From Candidatus Krumholzibacteriota bacterium (lineage in GTDB: Bacteria; Krumholzibacteriota; Krumholzibacteriia; JAJRXK01): 64,000 nucleotides of DNA. Every line of letters starts with the position of its first letter. The stretch's first letter is position 1. The notes beneath the pieces are model-generated. The model was not told the DNA's origin, made no database searches, and worked only from the letters and a program-made list of their open reading frames with translations. The stretch covers positions 352,001 through 416,000 of the forward strand of contig CAVSGG010000008.1 in NCBI GenBank assembly GCA_963727455.1, read 5' to 3'. Below are positions 1 through 8,764 of the stretch, piece by piece. Both the position numbers and the translations under genes were made by a program.

Positions 1-1109
1 ATCGGTCCCCAGGTCGCGTCCGCGCCCACGAACTCCGCCAAATGCTCCTGACAATCGGGAAGACGATTCCACATGATTTCGGCGAAGGCCTCTCCCTTGG
101 TCCGCGCCTCGGGACCACAGATGATGACGGCGCCGCTGGCCTTGTATCCCTCGTGCAGACTGGCCGAAATCTTCAGGGTGTCCGTGGGCGGGGCCCCCTT
201 GATGCCCCACACGCGCACTCGGTTCTTCCCCGCCTGCTCCAACTTGATCGAAGTGAATGCCGCTACCACATCGGGTGTGATGTAGGAGCTCGGGTCACCC
301 ATTTCGTAGACCAGCTGTTCCTTGACGGTTTCCACGCACACTAGTCCACCCGTGCCCTCGTGCTTGGTCACGATGAAGGAGCCGTCGGGATGCATTTCGA
401 CGATGGGATATCCGATGTCGTGAAAGCTCGGCACCCTCTTCCAGTCGGTGAAATTACCCCCCGTGCTCTGGGCCCCACATTCCAAGATGTGAGCGGCGAT
501 GGTTCCGGCCGCGAGTTGGTCGTAGTCGTCCCGGTTCCAGCCGAAACGGTGAACCATCGGCGCGAGGGAGATGCCCGTGTCCGTGACCCGTCCGGTCACG
601 ATGATCTGAGCGCCGCGCTTCAGGGCCTCCACCACCGGGGCGGCCCCGAAATAGACGTTTGCGCTGGTGAATTTGCCGCTCGCCTCGGAGAAATTCCTGC
701 CGTCGTCCATGTTGGCGAGTGCTTCGCCCTGTTCGTACCAGGTCGAGAGGGATTCGAGGACCTCGTCCCCGGCCACCAGACCCACCTTCAAGGGGCTGGA
801 GCCCTCCTCCCCGATCTTCAGCAACTCGTCGCGGCACGAGTAAGGATTCACGCCTCCCGCATTGGTGATGATCTTGGTCCCGGTTTTCGCCAGAAGCGGC
901 AGTACTTCGCGCACCTGATCGACGAAATCGTGTGCGTACCCCAGCTTGGGGTTCCGGCTGCGCTGCTTCTGGAGAATGGACATCGTGATCTCGGCCAGAT
1001 AGTCGATGGTGATGACGTCCAGCGGTCCACCCTCGAGCTGACGTTTCAACACGCCGAGATCGTCACCCCAGTAGCCGCCGGCGTTGGCTATACGTATGGC
1101 TTGCGTCAC
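1..1109 (-). CDS. Acyclic terpene utilization AtuA-family protein (DUF1446), 3' end runs off the window
   Basis: Not in the ORF track. Manual translation from GTG at 1109 gives MTQAIRIANAGGYWGDD...DVITIDYLAEITMSIL...KIITNAGGVNP...IIVTGRVTD...AHILECGAQSTGGNF, motifs typical of AtuA/DUF1446. Confidence 0.85.
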   Translation of the reverse strand, partial: MTQAIRIANAGGYWGDDLGVLKRQLEGGPLDVITIDYLAEITMSILQKQRSRNPKLGYAHDFVDQVREVLPLLAKTGTKIITNAGGVNPYSCRDELLKIGEEGSSPLKVGLVAGDEVLESLSTWYEQGEALANMDDGRNFSEASGKFTSANVYFGAAPVVEALKRGAQIIVTGRVTDTGISLAPMVHRFGWNRDDYDQLAAGTIAAHILECGAQSTGGNFTDWKRVPSFHDIGYPIVEMHPDGSFIVTKHEGTGGLVCVETVKEQLVYEMGDPSSYITPDVVAAFTSIKLEQAGKNRVRVWGIKGAPPTDTLKISASLHEGYKASGAVIICGPEARTKGEAFAEIMWNRLPDCQEHLAEFVGADATWGP

Positions 1110-1299
1110 CTTGCAGTTCCTTTGCGCGAATTGAGGCTCAGAATGGGTAATTGTGCCCTTCCCGGCACCCGACGAAACGGCGGGGATGGAATGGCAGTAT
1201 AGAGGCCACCACGAGACTCGTCCACCAGACCCCTGGCCCAATCGTATCTTGGCTGTTAGGCTGATCGCGAAAACGAGGAAGCAACGTCCGGGAGGAACC

Positions 1300-2712
1300 A
1301 TGGAACTGAAGAAGCTGCAGAGCCGTGTGGATCAGACATGGGAAGAAGAGATTCTGCCCACCCTTGCCGAGTATATCGCCATTCCCAACAAGTCCCCGAT
1401 GTTCGACCCGGAATGGGAGAACCACGGCCACATGGAAAAGGCAGTGCAGCTTCTGAGTTCCTGGGCCAAGGAGCGGAAGCTGAAGGGAATGAAGCTCGAG
1501 GTGGTCCGTCTGAAGGGGCGCACGCCCCTGATTTTCGCAGAGATTCCGGGCGAGGGCGAGGAAACGGTCTTGCTCTACGGGCACCTCGACAAGCAGCCGG
1601 AAATGGTCGGCTGGGACGAGGGCAAGGGACCGTGGACCCCGGTGATGCAGGACGGCAAGCTCTACGGACGCGGAGGGGCGGACGACGGCTATGCCATCTT
1701 CGCGGCCCTCACCGCCATCGAGCAGGTGCAGGAACAGGGGCTGAAGCACGCGCGCTGCGTGGTGGTGATAGAGGCGTGCGAGGAGAGCGGAAGTCCCGAT
1801 CTCCCCGAGTATATCGAACACCTTGCCGATCGAATCGGCACTCCGAGTCTTGTGGTGTGTCTGGACTCGGGTTGCGGTAACTACGATCAGCTCTGGAGCA
1901 CCACCAGCTTGCGCGGCAACGTTACCGGGAAATTGACGATCAAGCTGCTCACCGAGGGAGTGCATTCGGGAGACGGCAGCGGAGTCGTTGCCGAGAGCTT
2001 CCGGGTGGCCAGAGCCCTCCTGAGCCGCATCGAGGATCAGGAGACGGGCGAAATCTTGCTTCCCGAGCTCAACGTCGACATCCCCATGGAGAGGATCGAA
2101 CAGGCAAAGGTCGTCGCGGAGATTCTGGGCGACGGTGTCTACGATCAATTTCCTTTGAACCCGGGTACGAAGCCGACCACCAATGACAAGACGGAACTGG
2201 TTCTCCGTCGCACCTGGCGGCCAACCCTTTGCGTAACCGGAGCTGACGGTTTTCCCAGTGTTCGCAACGCGGGCAACGTGTTGCGACCAGAGACGATCTT
2301 CAAACTTTCTTTCCGCTTGCCGCCCACCGCCGACCCCAGACTGGCGGCGAAGCGTCTAAAAGAGGCCTTCGAAACCAACCCACCCTACGACGCGCGGATC
2401 GAATTCGAATTCGATTCTCCCGCAGCGGGCTGGGATGCCCCTCCTCTCGCCGAGTGGCTCGAAGAATCTCTGCAGAGCGCGTCGAACGCGTTTTTCGGGA
2501 AACCGGCGTGTTACATGGGCGAGGGCGGGAGCATTCCCTTCATGTCGATGCTGGGAAAACGCTATCCCCTAGCCCAGTTTCTGATCACCGGGGTACTGGG
2601 ACCGTCTTCCAACGCGCACGGCCCGAACGAGTTTCTGCACGTGGCAACCGCGAAAAGAGTTACGGCCTGCGTGGCAAAGCTGCTTTCTGACCACCACGAC
2701 GCGTTCGCGTAG
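1300..2712 (+). CDS. M20-family metallopeptidase (dipeptidase/DapE-ArgE-like)
   Basis: GGAGG RBS before ATG 1300; motifs LLYGHLDKQP, LYGRGGADD, EACEESGS, NAHGPNE. Confidence 0.9.
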   Translation: MELKKLQSRVDQTWEEEILPTLAEYIAIPNKSPMFDPEWENHGHMEKAVQLLSSWAKERKLKGMKLEVVRLKGRTPLIFAEIPGEGEETVLLYGHLDKQPEMVGWDEGKGPWTPVMQDGKLYGRGGADDGYAIFAALTAIEQVQEQGLKHARCVVVIEACEESGSPDLPEYIEHLADRIGTPSLVVCLDSGCGNYDQLWSTTSLRGNVTGKLTIKLLTEGVHSGDGSGVVAESFRVARALLSRIEDQETGEILLPELNVDIPMERIEQAKVVAEILGDGVYDQFPLNPGTKPTTNDKTELVLRRTWRPTLCVTGADGFPSVRNAGNVLRPETIFKLSFRLPPTADPRLAAKRLKEAFETNPPYDARIEFEFDSPAAGWDAPPLAEWLEESLQSASNAFFGKPACYMGEGGSIPFMSMLGKRYPLAQFLITGVLGPSSNAHGPNEFLHVATAKRVTACVAKLLSDHHDAFA

Positions 2713-2760
2713 CACGAGGCGTTCGTCCCGCAGGTAGCAGATCCCGGGGGAGGACGGAAA

Positions 2761-4107
2761 CTAGCCGCGATGTCCGGGAACGCTGCCCCGCGAGAGGTCC
2801 TCGCGGCCCTGCTCGGTGCACAGGATGTCGTCCTCGATACGTACGCCGCCGCAGAGAAGAAGCTCATCGATCAGCTTCCAGTTGAAGGCAGAGGAGTGCG
2901 CACCCTGGCGGAACGGTTCCAGCAACATCGCGATGAAGTAGATTCCCGGCTCGACGGTGAGAACCTGGCCAGCTGCCATCTCCCGAGTGGTCCGCAAGTA
3001 GGCGTGCCGCGGCGGAGGCTCCAAGGTCCCTCCCGCGGGGGACTGTTGCCGCCCCCCCACGTCGTGCACCTGGAGACCGAGATGATGCCCCAGTCCGTGG
3101 GGGAAAAAGGGATCGGTGAGACCCTGCTCGAAGGCCTCGTCCGCTTTCACTTTCAGGATCGAAAGTTCGCAGAGGATCTTGGCCACTCCGCGGTGTGCAG
3201 TTTCGTGAAGATCCAAGTAGGAACGTCCCGGTCCAACCCCCTTCACCAGCTCTCGCTGCAAGGTATCGAGATGGTTGACGAGTTCTCGAAAGACGCGATG
3301 CGCCGCTGCCTGCGGATAGGTGCGCGTGATGTCGCTCGCGTATCCATAGACGGAAGCGCCTGCGTCCACCAGTAGATTCAAAGTCGCGGACGGCGCTTGA
3401 ATCTGTTTGCTCTGATAGTGGAGAACCGCGGAGTGCTCGTTCCAGGCGATGATGTTCGTATAGGGGACTTCGTTTTCCAGGTGCTGCGTCGCGGCAAGAT
3501 AGCCCGCGTGCATCGAGCGCTCGGAGCGCCCTTGCTCCGCATCGCTTCGCACGACCGCGTGACCGAGTGCGGCCTTGCGCACGGCTCCGCGTATACATTC
3601 CACCTCGTAAGCGGTTTTCAGTCCGCGATCCCAATCCAGTCGCGCCATGAGTTCTTCCGGTTCGACCCTCTCCTCTTCGATGCTCAGAGCCCGCGCGGTT
3701 CCGTCATCCGGACCCACGTACGCCAAGCCCTCGAGGTTTCCGACTGCTCTGACTGCGGCCTTGGCATCGGCCACCGTCTCCACGCAGAGGCTCGTCATGT
3801 AGGGATGTTCCGGGTCGGGCGGTGTCTCGTACCAGTAGTCCCTGGGCACCACTTTCACCAGAGTGGGCAACTCGCCAGGGCGAAACACCAGCAGATGATC
3901 CGGCCCCTTCACCGGGGCCCAGCGCGCGAAGTGAAAACTCGGTTTGAACGGGACGGGTTGATCGTCCGCGTGATACAGAACATCTCCCCCGGCCGCGAAC
4001 ACGATCCCGCGAAATTCCCTGCCCTCTCTCGCCAGGTCCTTGAGAATGGCCGCGCTGCGCTTTGAAAGCTCCTCGATGTGAGTTCTGTAGGATGCTTTCA
4101 GATCCAT
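2761..4107 (-). CDS. pepQ: Xaa-Pro dipeptidase (prolidase, M24B)
   Basis: DAGA...YASDITRT, FPHGLGHHLGLQVHDVG, TVEPGIYF, GGVRIEDD; GGAG RBS before ATG 4107. Confidence 0.88.
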   Translation of the reverse strand: MDLKASYRTHIEELSKRSAAILKDLAREGREFRGIVFAAGGDVLYHADDQPVPFKPSFHFARWAPVKGPDHLLVFRPGELPTLVKVVPRDYWYETPPDPEHPYMTSLCVETVADAKAAVRAVGNLEGLAYVGPDDGTARALSIEEERVEPEELMARLDWDRGLKTAYEVECIRGAVRKAALGHAVVRSDAEQGRSERSMHAGYLAATQHLENEVPYTNIIAWNEHSAVLHYQSKQIQAPSATLNLLVDAGASVYGYASDITRTYPQAAAHRVFRELVNHLDTLQRELVKGVGPGRSYLDLHETAHRGVAKILCELSILKVKADEAFEQGLTDPFFPHGLGHHLGLQVHDVGGRQQSPAGGTLEPPPRHAYLRTTREMAAGQVLTVEPGIYFIAMLLEPFRQGAHSSAFNWKLIDELLLCGGVRIEDDILCTEQGREDLSRGSVPGHRG

Positions 4108-4200
4108 GACTCTCCTCCGTTGCTGCAAGGCAGCAGTGCGCAAGGTCACGAGCCCGTGGGGGCGAAGTTGGTCGAGGGACGTGCGGAGCGCGCGCGTGAG

Positions 4201-5808
4201 CTAGAAACGAAATACGCCGTAATTGGTTTTCTGCAAGGGTGCGTTGAACGACATCTCCAGGGAAAGCCCCAGAACGTCGCGCGTTTGCAGGGGATCGAGG
4301 ATTCCGTCGTCCCAGAGCCGCGCCGTCGAGTAGTAGGGCGAGCTCTCCAGCGCATACTTGTCGAGAATAGGCTGTTTGAACGCGTCCACTTCCTCTTGGG
4401 ACATGGACTCGCCATTACGGGCGAGTTGCTCCTGTTTGACTGTGGCCAGAACGCCGGCCGCCTGCTCCCCACCCATGACGCTGATGCGGCTGCCGGGCCA
4501 CATGAAGAGCAGGCGAGGTTGGTAGGCTCGCCCACACATGCCGTAATTCCCCGCTCCATGGCTACCGCCGATGATGATCGTGAATTTGGGTACGGCGGCA
4601 TTGGCCACCGCGTTGACCATCTTGGCTCCGTCTTTCGCGATTCCGCCCTGTTCGTATTTCTTGCCGACCATGTAGCCAGTGATGTTCTGCAGAAAGAGGA
4701 GCGGAATTTTGCGAGCGCAGCACAGCTGTACGAAATGCGTGACCTTCAGTGCGCTCTCGCTGAAGAGAACACCGTTGTTGGCCACGATTCCGAGCTCGTA
4801 GCCGTGGACCCGCGCAAATCCGGTTACTACCGTGGTGCCGTAGCGTTCCTTGAATTCGTGAAAGCGCGAACCGTCGACCAGTCGCGCGATGACCTCCCGC
4901 ACTTCGAAGGGACGGCGTGGGTCCTCGGGCAGGATTCCCAGAAGTTCTTCGGGATCGAAGTGCGGATCCTCCGGGGCTTCTCGCGGAACTGCCGACTTCT
5001 TCGCCAAACCGAGATTCTCCACCATGTTGCGGATGATCTTCAGCGCATGCGCGTCATCGTTGGCGAGAGAGTCCGCCACTCCGCTGATGCGCGTGTGTAC
5101 GTCACCTCCACCCAGTTCCTCGGCCGTGACTTCTTCTCCCGTCGCTGCTTTGACCAGAGGTGGACCGCCCAGAAAGATGGTCCCCTGTTCCTTCACGATG
5201 ACGACTTCGTCGCTCATGGCGGGCACGTAGGCTCCACCGGCTGTGCATGAGCCCAAAACGGCAGAGATTTGGGGAATGTCGCGGGCACTCATCTGGGCCT
5301 GGTTGTAGAAAATGCGGCCGAAGTGCTCGCGATCCGGGAAGACCTCGGCTTGCAGCGGCAAAAACGCTCCTCCGCTGTCCACCAGATAGATGCAGGGAAG
5401 ATGGTTCTCGAGCGCGATTTCCTGGGCACGCAGGTGCTTCTTGACGGTGAGGGGATGGTAGGTCCCACCCTTCACCGTGGCGTCGTTGGCGACGATCATC
5501 ACCTGCCGACCATGGATGTTGCCGACGCCGGTCACGATCCCTGCGGCCGGGACGGGAGTGGAATACACTTCGTGCGCGGCCAGCGGCGAAAACTCCAGGA
5601 AGGGGCTACCCTGATCCAAGAGAGCGTCAATTCGCTCTCGTACCAGCAGTTTGCCCCGGCTCTGATGGAGCTCGCGGGCCCTTGGGCTCCCACCGAGTCG
5701 GACCTTGGCCAGGGCTTCCTCCAGCGCTATGGCGCGAGCCCGGTTGACCTCCTGATTGCGCTTGAAGTCCGGCGAGTTGGGAAGTACGGCACTCGAGAGC
5801 CTGCGCAC
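4201..5808 (-). CDS. Methylcrotonoyl-CoA carboxylase beta (carboxyltransferase) subunit
   Basis: [50 protein letters not shown]-terminal YGVFRF; GGAGG upstream of GTG 5808. Confidence 0.88.
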   Translation of the reverse strand: MRRLSSAVLPNSPDFKRNQEVNRARAIALEEALAKVRLGGSPRARELHQSRGKLLVRERIDALLDQGSPFLEFSPLAAHEVYSTPVPAAGIVTGVGNIHGRQVMIVANDATVKGGTYHPLTVKKHLRAQEIALENHLPCIYLVDSGGAFLPLQAEVFPDREHFGRIFYNQAQMSARDIPQISAVLGSCTAGGAYVPAMSDEVVIVKEQGTIFLGGPPLVKAATGEEVTAEELGGGDVHTRISGVADSLANDDAHALKIIRNMVENLGLAKKSAVPREAPEDPHFDPEELLGILPEDPRRPFEVREVIARLVDGSRFHEFKERYGTTVVTGFARVHGYELGIVANNGVLFSESALKVTHFVQLCCARKIPLLFLQNITGYMVGKKYEQGGIAKDGAKMVNAVANAAVPKFTIIIGGSHGAGNYGMCGRAYQPRLLFMWPGSRISVMGGEQAAGVLATVKQEQLARNGESMSQEEVDAFKQPILDKYALESSPYYSTARLWDDGILDPLQTRDVLGLSLEMSFNAPLQKTNYGVFRF

Positions 5809-6077
5809 GGCGAGCCTCCGGCTGAAGGGGAATGGAGATGGGTCCGCCATCGGCTCGCATCATCGTGCCGCCAGCGTCCGCAAAGAAAGAAGAAGTGTAG
5901 AAGCCTCGAGGGCGCGCGTAAAGAGCCGCGAGGGACAGACGCAGAGCTTCGTGATAGGCTGGCTGCGTGCCTTGCCGGGCAAAAGGCACGAAACCGAGAA
6001 AGCGCCGGCGCGTATGGATTCGAGGAACGCGCACCGTCTTGCTCCCGGGAGGATCCGTGATCGACCGCGAAGAGGAA

Positions 6078-8036
6078 ATGCCCTTCACTGGCGAATACCT
6101 CGACTTTGCCCATGCAAGCACGGACGATCTGCAGACTCGTATTTTCGAGCTTCTCACGCTGGTGGAAACCAGTCGCGAGCTGCTACGCGCCCACGACGCC
6201 GATGACGTGGCGCGCCGCGTTTTGCTCTCCGTCATCGGAGTTCTCGGCGCCTCCTCCGCCAGTGTCCTGCGACGAGATCCCGTGGGCGAGCGCATGGAAC
6301 TCTTGGTCCACGCGGGACTGGATATCGAAGAGAGACTCGAATTCCATCTCCCCGACACGATGGTGGAAGCTTTCGAACAGAAGAGCGACGGACGGCCTTT
6401 CCGCGTCGACCGCGATCTCGTTCAGGGGCCAGCCCGCGATTTTCTGCACTCCTACGAGAAGGTGCTCGAAACACTCGATGCGGCGGTAGTGTGTCCGCTC
6501 ATCGGACGTCAGGGGCTCTTCGGCTTTCTCCTCTTGGGACGCCGCCTCCTGAGCGAGGGATATTCCTCGAACGACCTGGAGGTTTTCGCGAGTTTGGCCG
6601 AGCTCTACACCCTCGCATTGGAACGCGGTGCGGGTCCCGCGCCCATTTTGGGGCGTGCTCCCGCGGAGGTGCCGCGCGAGGTCTCCCTGGCTCTGCGCAA
6701 ACTCCGAGAATTGTATCCGCCGCTGCGAGGAATCCTCGGCGAAAGCGAGGTGATTCTCCAGCTTTTCCGCGACATGGTTCAGCTTGCGCCGAGTCGTGCC
6801 ACCGTTCTCATACAGGGAGAGAGCGGCACGGGAAAGGAAATAGTGGCTCGCGCCATCCACGAACTCTCGGCGCGCCAAGGCGGTCCGCTGGAAATCGTCG
6901 ACTGTTCCTCCATTCCACGCGAACTCATCGAGAGCGAACTCTTCGGACACCTGCGCGGCGCATTCACCGGCGCGGTGCGCGACCGACGCGGCGCCTTCGA
7001 GCTGGCGCACCGAGGCACACTGTTCCTGGACGAAATCGGAGACATGAGCCTCGCCTCGCAGACGCGTCTGTTGCGCGCACTACAGGAGGGACGCTTCCGG
7101 CCGGTGGGCGGAGAGAAGACGCGTTCGGTGGACGTTCGGGTGATCGCGGCCACCAACGTCGATCTGAGGGAGGCTGTTGCTCGCGGCGAATTCCGCAAGG
7201 ATCTGTTCTATCGGGTTCAGGTCTATCCCCTCAGACTTCCGCCCCTGCGCGAGCGCGTGGGAGACATCGCCATCTTGAGCCGCGCCTTCCTCAAGCGTTT
7301 CTACGCGGACTTCGGATTGAAGGAACCCATCGTAGATCCGGAAGTGATCACCGCTTTGCAAGCTCATCTGTTTCCGGGAAACGTGCGCGAACTTCAGAAC
7401 ATGGTCGAAGCCCTCGCCATAAGAAGCCGTGACAAACGTCACGTTCGACTCGAACATCTACGGCGCGTATTTGCAAGTCAGCAGTTGACGCAGCGCCCTC
7501 TTGCGGACGCGAACTCCGATCAAGGGTCGTCCCGCCCGTTGGCGAAGCACCCCTTGGAAAGCGCAAGCACCCCACCGGAAACCAAGTCGGGCGCAGCGAG
7601 CGCCGAGGGACTCGCTCCCCCCAGCGATGCGAGCGCTGAGGCCGTGGCACGGCAGATCCTCGACGCCTGGCGCCAGACCGGCTTCAATCTTCTCGAAGCC
7701 AGCCGGCGTTTGAAATCGCTGCGAACTCAGGGAGAGAACGTGGCCATCGTGGATCGGGTCCAAATGAACCACTATCTCGACGGGGAGACCCTCAGAGCTT
7801 TCATGTCGAGTGGATCCGAAGCGGAAGTTGTGGAGATCCTCTGTGCCGGATCGCAGCCGCGGCACCGCGTCGCTCGGCGGACTACCCGCCTGCTGCAACA
7901 GGCCCTGCAGGCCCTGCAGGGCGACGCGCTACACGAGACCTTCCCGCGCCTGCCGGCGCAGTACGAGCCGGTGCTACGCAAGCTAGAGAGCAAGGGCGCC
8001 GACTGGATGCGGAAACATCTGCAGCTGAACTCCTGA
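6078..8036 (+). CDS. Sigma54-dependent transcriptional activator (bEBP): GAF + AAA+ + atypical C-terminal domain
   Basis: Walker A GESGTGKE, ESELFGH, GAFTGA, LFLDEIGD, RxDLFYR, FPGNVRELQN; N-terminal GAF-like segment; AGAGGA RBS before ATG 6078. Confidence 0.92.
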   Translation: MPFTGEYLDFAHASTDDLQTRIFELLTLVETSRELLRAHDADDVARRVLLSVIGVLGASSASVLRRDPVGERMELLVHAGLDIEERLEFHLPDTMVEAFEQKSDGRPFRVDRDLVQGPARDFLHSYEKVLETLDAAVVCPLIGRQGLFGFLLLGRRLLSEGYSSNDLEVFASLAELYTLALERGAGPAPILGRAPAEVPREVSLALRKLRELYPPLRGILGESEVILQLFRDMVQLAPSRATVLIQGESGTGKEIVARAIHELSARQGGPLEIVDCSSIPRELIESELFGHLRGAFTGAVRDRRGAFELAHRGTLFLDEIGDMSLASQTRLLRALQEGRFRPVGGEKTRSVDVRVIAATNVDLREAVARGEFRKDLFYRVQVYPLRLPPLRERVGDIAILSRAFLKRFYADFGLKEPIVDPEVITALQAHLFPGNVRELQNMVEALAIRSRDKRHVRLEHLRRVFASQQLTQRPLADANSDQGSSRPLAKHPLESASTPPETKSGAASAEGLAPPSDASAEAVARQILDAWRQTGFNLLEASRRLKSLRTQGENVAIVDRVQMNHYLDGETLRAFMSSGSEAEVVEILCAGSQPRHRVARRTTRLLQQALQALQGDALHETFPRLPAQYEPVLRKLESKGADWMRKHLQLNS

Positions 8037-8105
8037 GCCCTCGCGCAGGCTTTCGAGTTTCCGCTGGAAACTCTGAACCCAAGCGCGGACTTTCGAAGCC
8101 GGGGC

Positions 8106-8149
8106 AAAAGGAAAAGCGGAGCGCCCTCCCTGAATGGGGCGCCCCGCTT
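8106..8149 (-). terminator. Intrinsic terminator on the minus strand
   Basis: 13-bp stem AAGCGGGGCGCCC/GGGCGCUCCGCUU followed by UUCCUUUU; its single G.U wobble pairs only in minus orientation. Confidence 0.7.
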
Positions 8150-8495
8150 CGAAAGACTGACGACGGGACCAATTTGGTCGGGCGCGATGCTCCCTCGCCA
8201 AGAACACCGGCCGCTTCGTCGTCAGCTCGGGGTTCGCCGATGCCGGGCGGCATCTTGCGGGAGTTCTCGCCAACTCCCCGAACCCTTTGGTCGCAACAGA
8301 ACCCTCGATTCACTCCAGCGCGATCCCCAAAAGGGGCGCCGGTCGTGTGGGGTCGTGGGGTGACCGGCGCAGCACTGCCTTGTCGAGTTCCCCTTCGGGC
8401 TCCGTCTCCTCTTCTTCCACACTTCTCACGTCCCTCGCCCGCGGACGTACCGCAGGGTCCAGATACGCGAGTCAGAGGTGTCCGTGTGGCATCGA
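8106..8495 (-). ncRNA. Candidate novel structured ncRNA, about 390 nt
   Basis: No credible ORF; many stems (8157-8165/8217-8225, 8230-8236/8279-8285, 8259-8265/8272-8278, 8336-8344/8362-8370); bounded by a sigma54-type promoter and a terminator. Confidence 0.55.
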
Positions 8496-8505
8496 CCCCT
8501 GCTTA

Positions 8506-8522
8506 AGCAGAGCCGATGCCAA
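8506..8522 (-). promoter_or_regulatory. Sigma54 (RpoN) -24/-12 promoter
   Basis: Minus strand TTGGCATCGGCTCTGCT; GG (8520-8519) and GC (8508-8507) at canonical spacing. Confidence 0.6.
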
Positions 8523-8546
8523 CTTCGCTGCGACTGGGAAAGCAAA

Positions 8547-8559
8547 GGTCAACTCATTG
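8547..8559. promoter_or_regulatory. IHF-like binding site
   Basis: ggTCAActcaTTG versus consensus WATCAA-N4-TTR (first two bases mismatch); lies between the sigma54 promoter and the putative enhancer. Confidence 0.35.
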
Positions 8560-8658
8560 TGTTCCAAACGTTTAGAAGAGGACACCGTTGCGGGCCCCAG
8601 GGACTTTTGTTGTGAAGACGGGGCGGACTCCCGGGATGTTCTGTTGTCGTTTGGTGTG

Positions 8659-8691
8659 TGACATCAAAAATGAACATCACAAGTGATGTCA
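8659..8691. promoter_or_regulatory. Palindromic operator/enhancer array
   Basis: TGACATCA-N17-TGATGTCA enclosing a second palindrome ACATCAC-AA-GTGATGT (8674-8689) in an AT-rich patch. Confidence 0.6.
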
Positions 8692-8764
8692 AGGCTGCTA
8701 GCAAGCTGCCAGAGAAGTGTTTGCGGGCTTTCTTGGGGCGCGGGCTGCTGCTACTCTGGGACCC

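Noticed and set aside
8080-8100. GAAAGTCC on the minus strand, resembling the RNase P RNA P4 motif
   Set aside because: It lacks the GAGGAAAGUCC context and the 3' partner, and it lies beyond the terminator, close to the bEBP gene end.
7882-8661. Short ORFs of 66-143 aa across the 8037-8764 gap
   Set aside because: Arg/Pro/Ser-rich, mutually overlapping, with no convincing RBS-start pair or motifs. RNA structure explains the region better, though a small peptide cannot be fully excluded.
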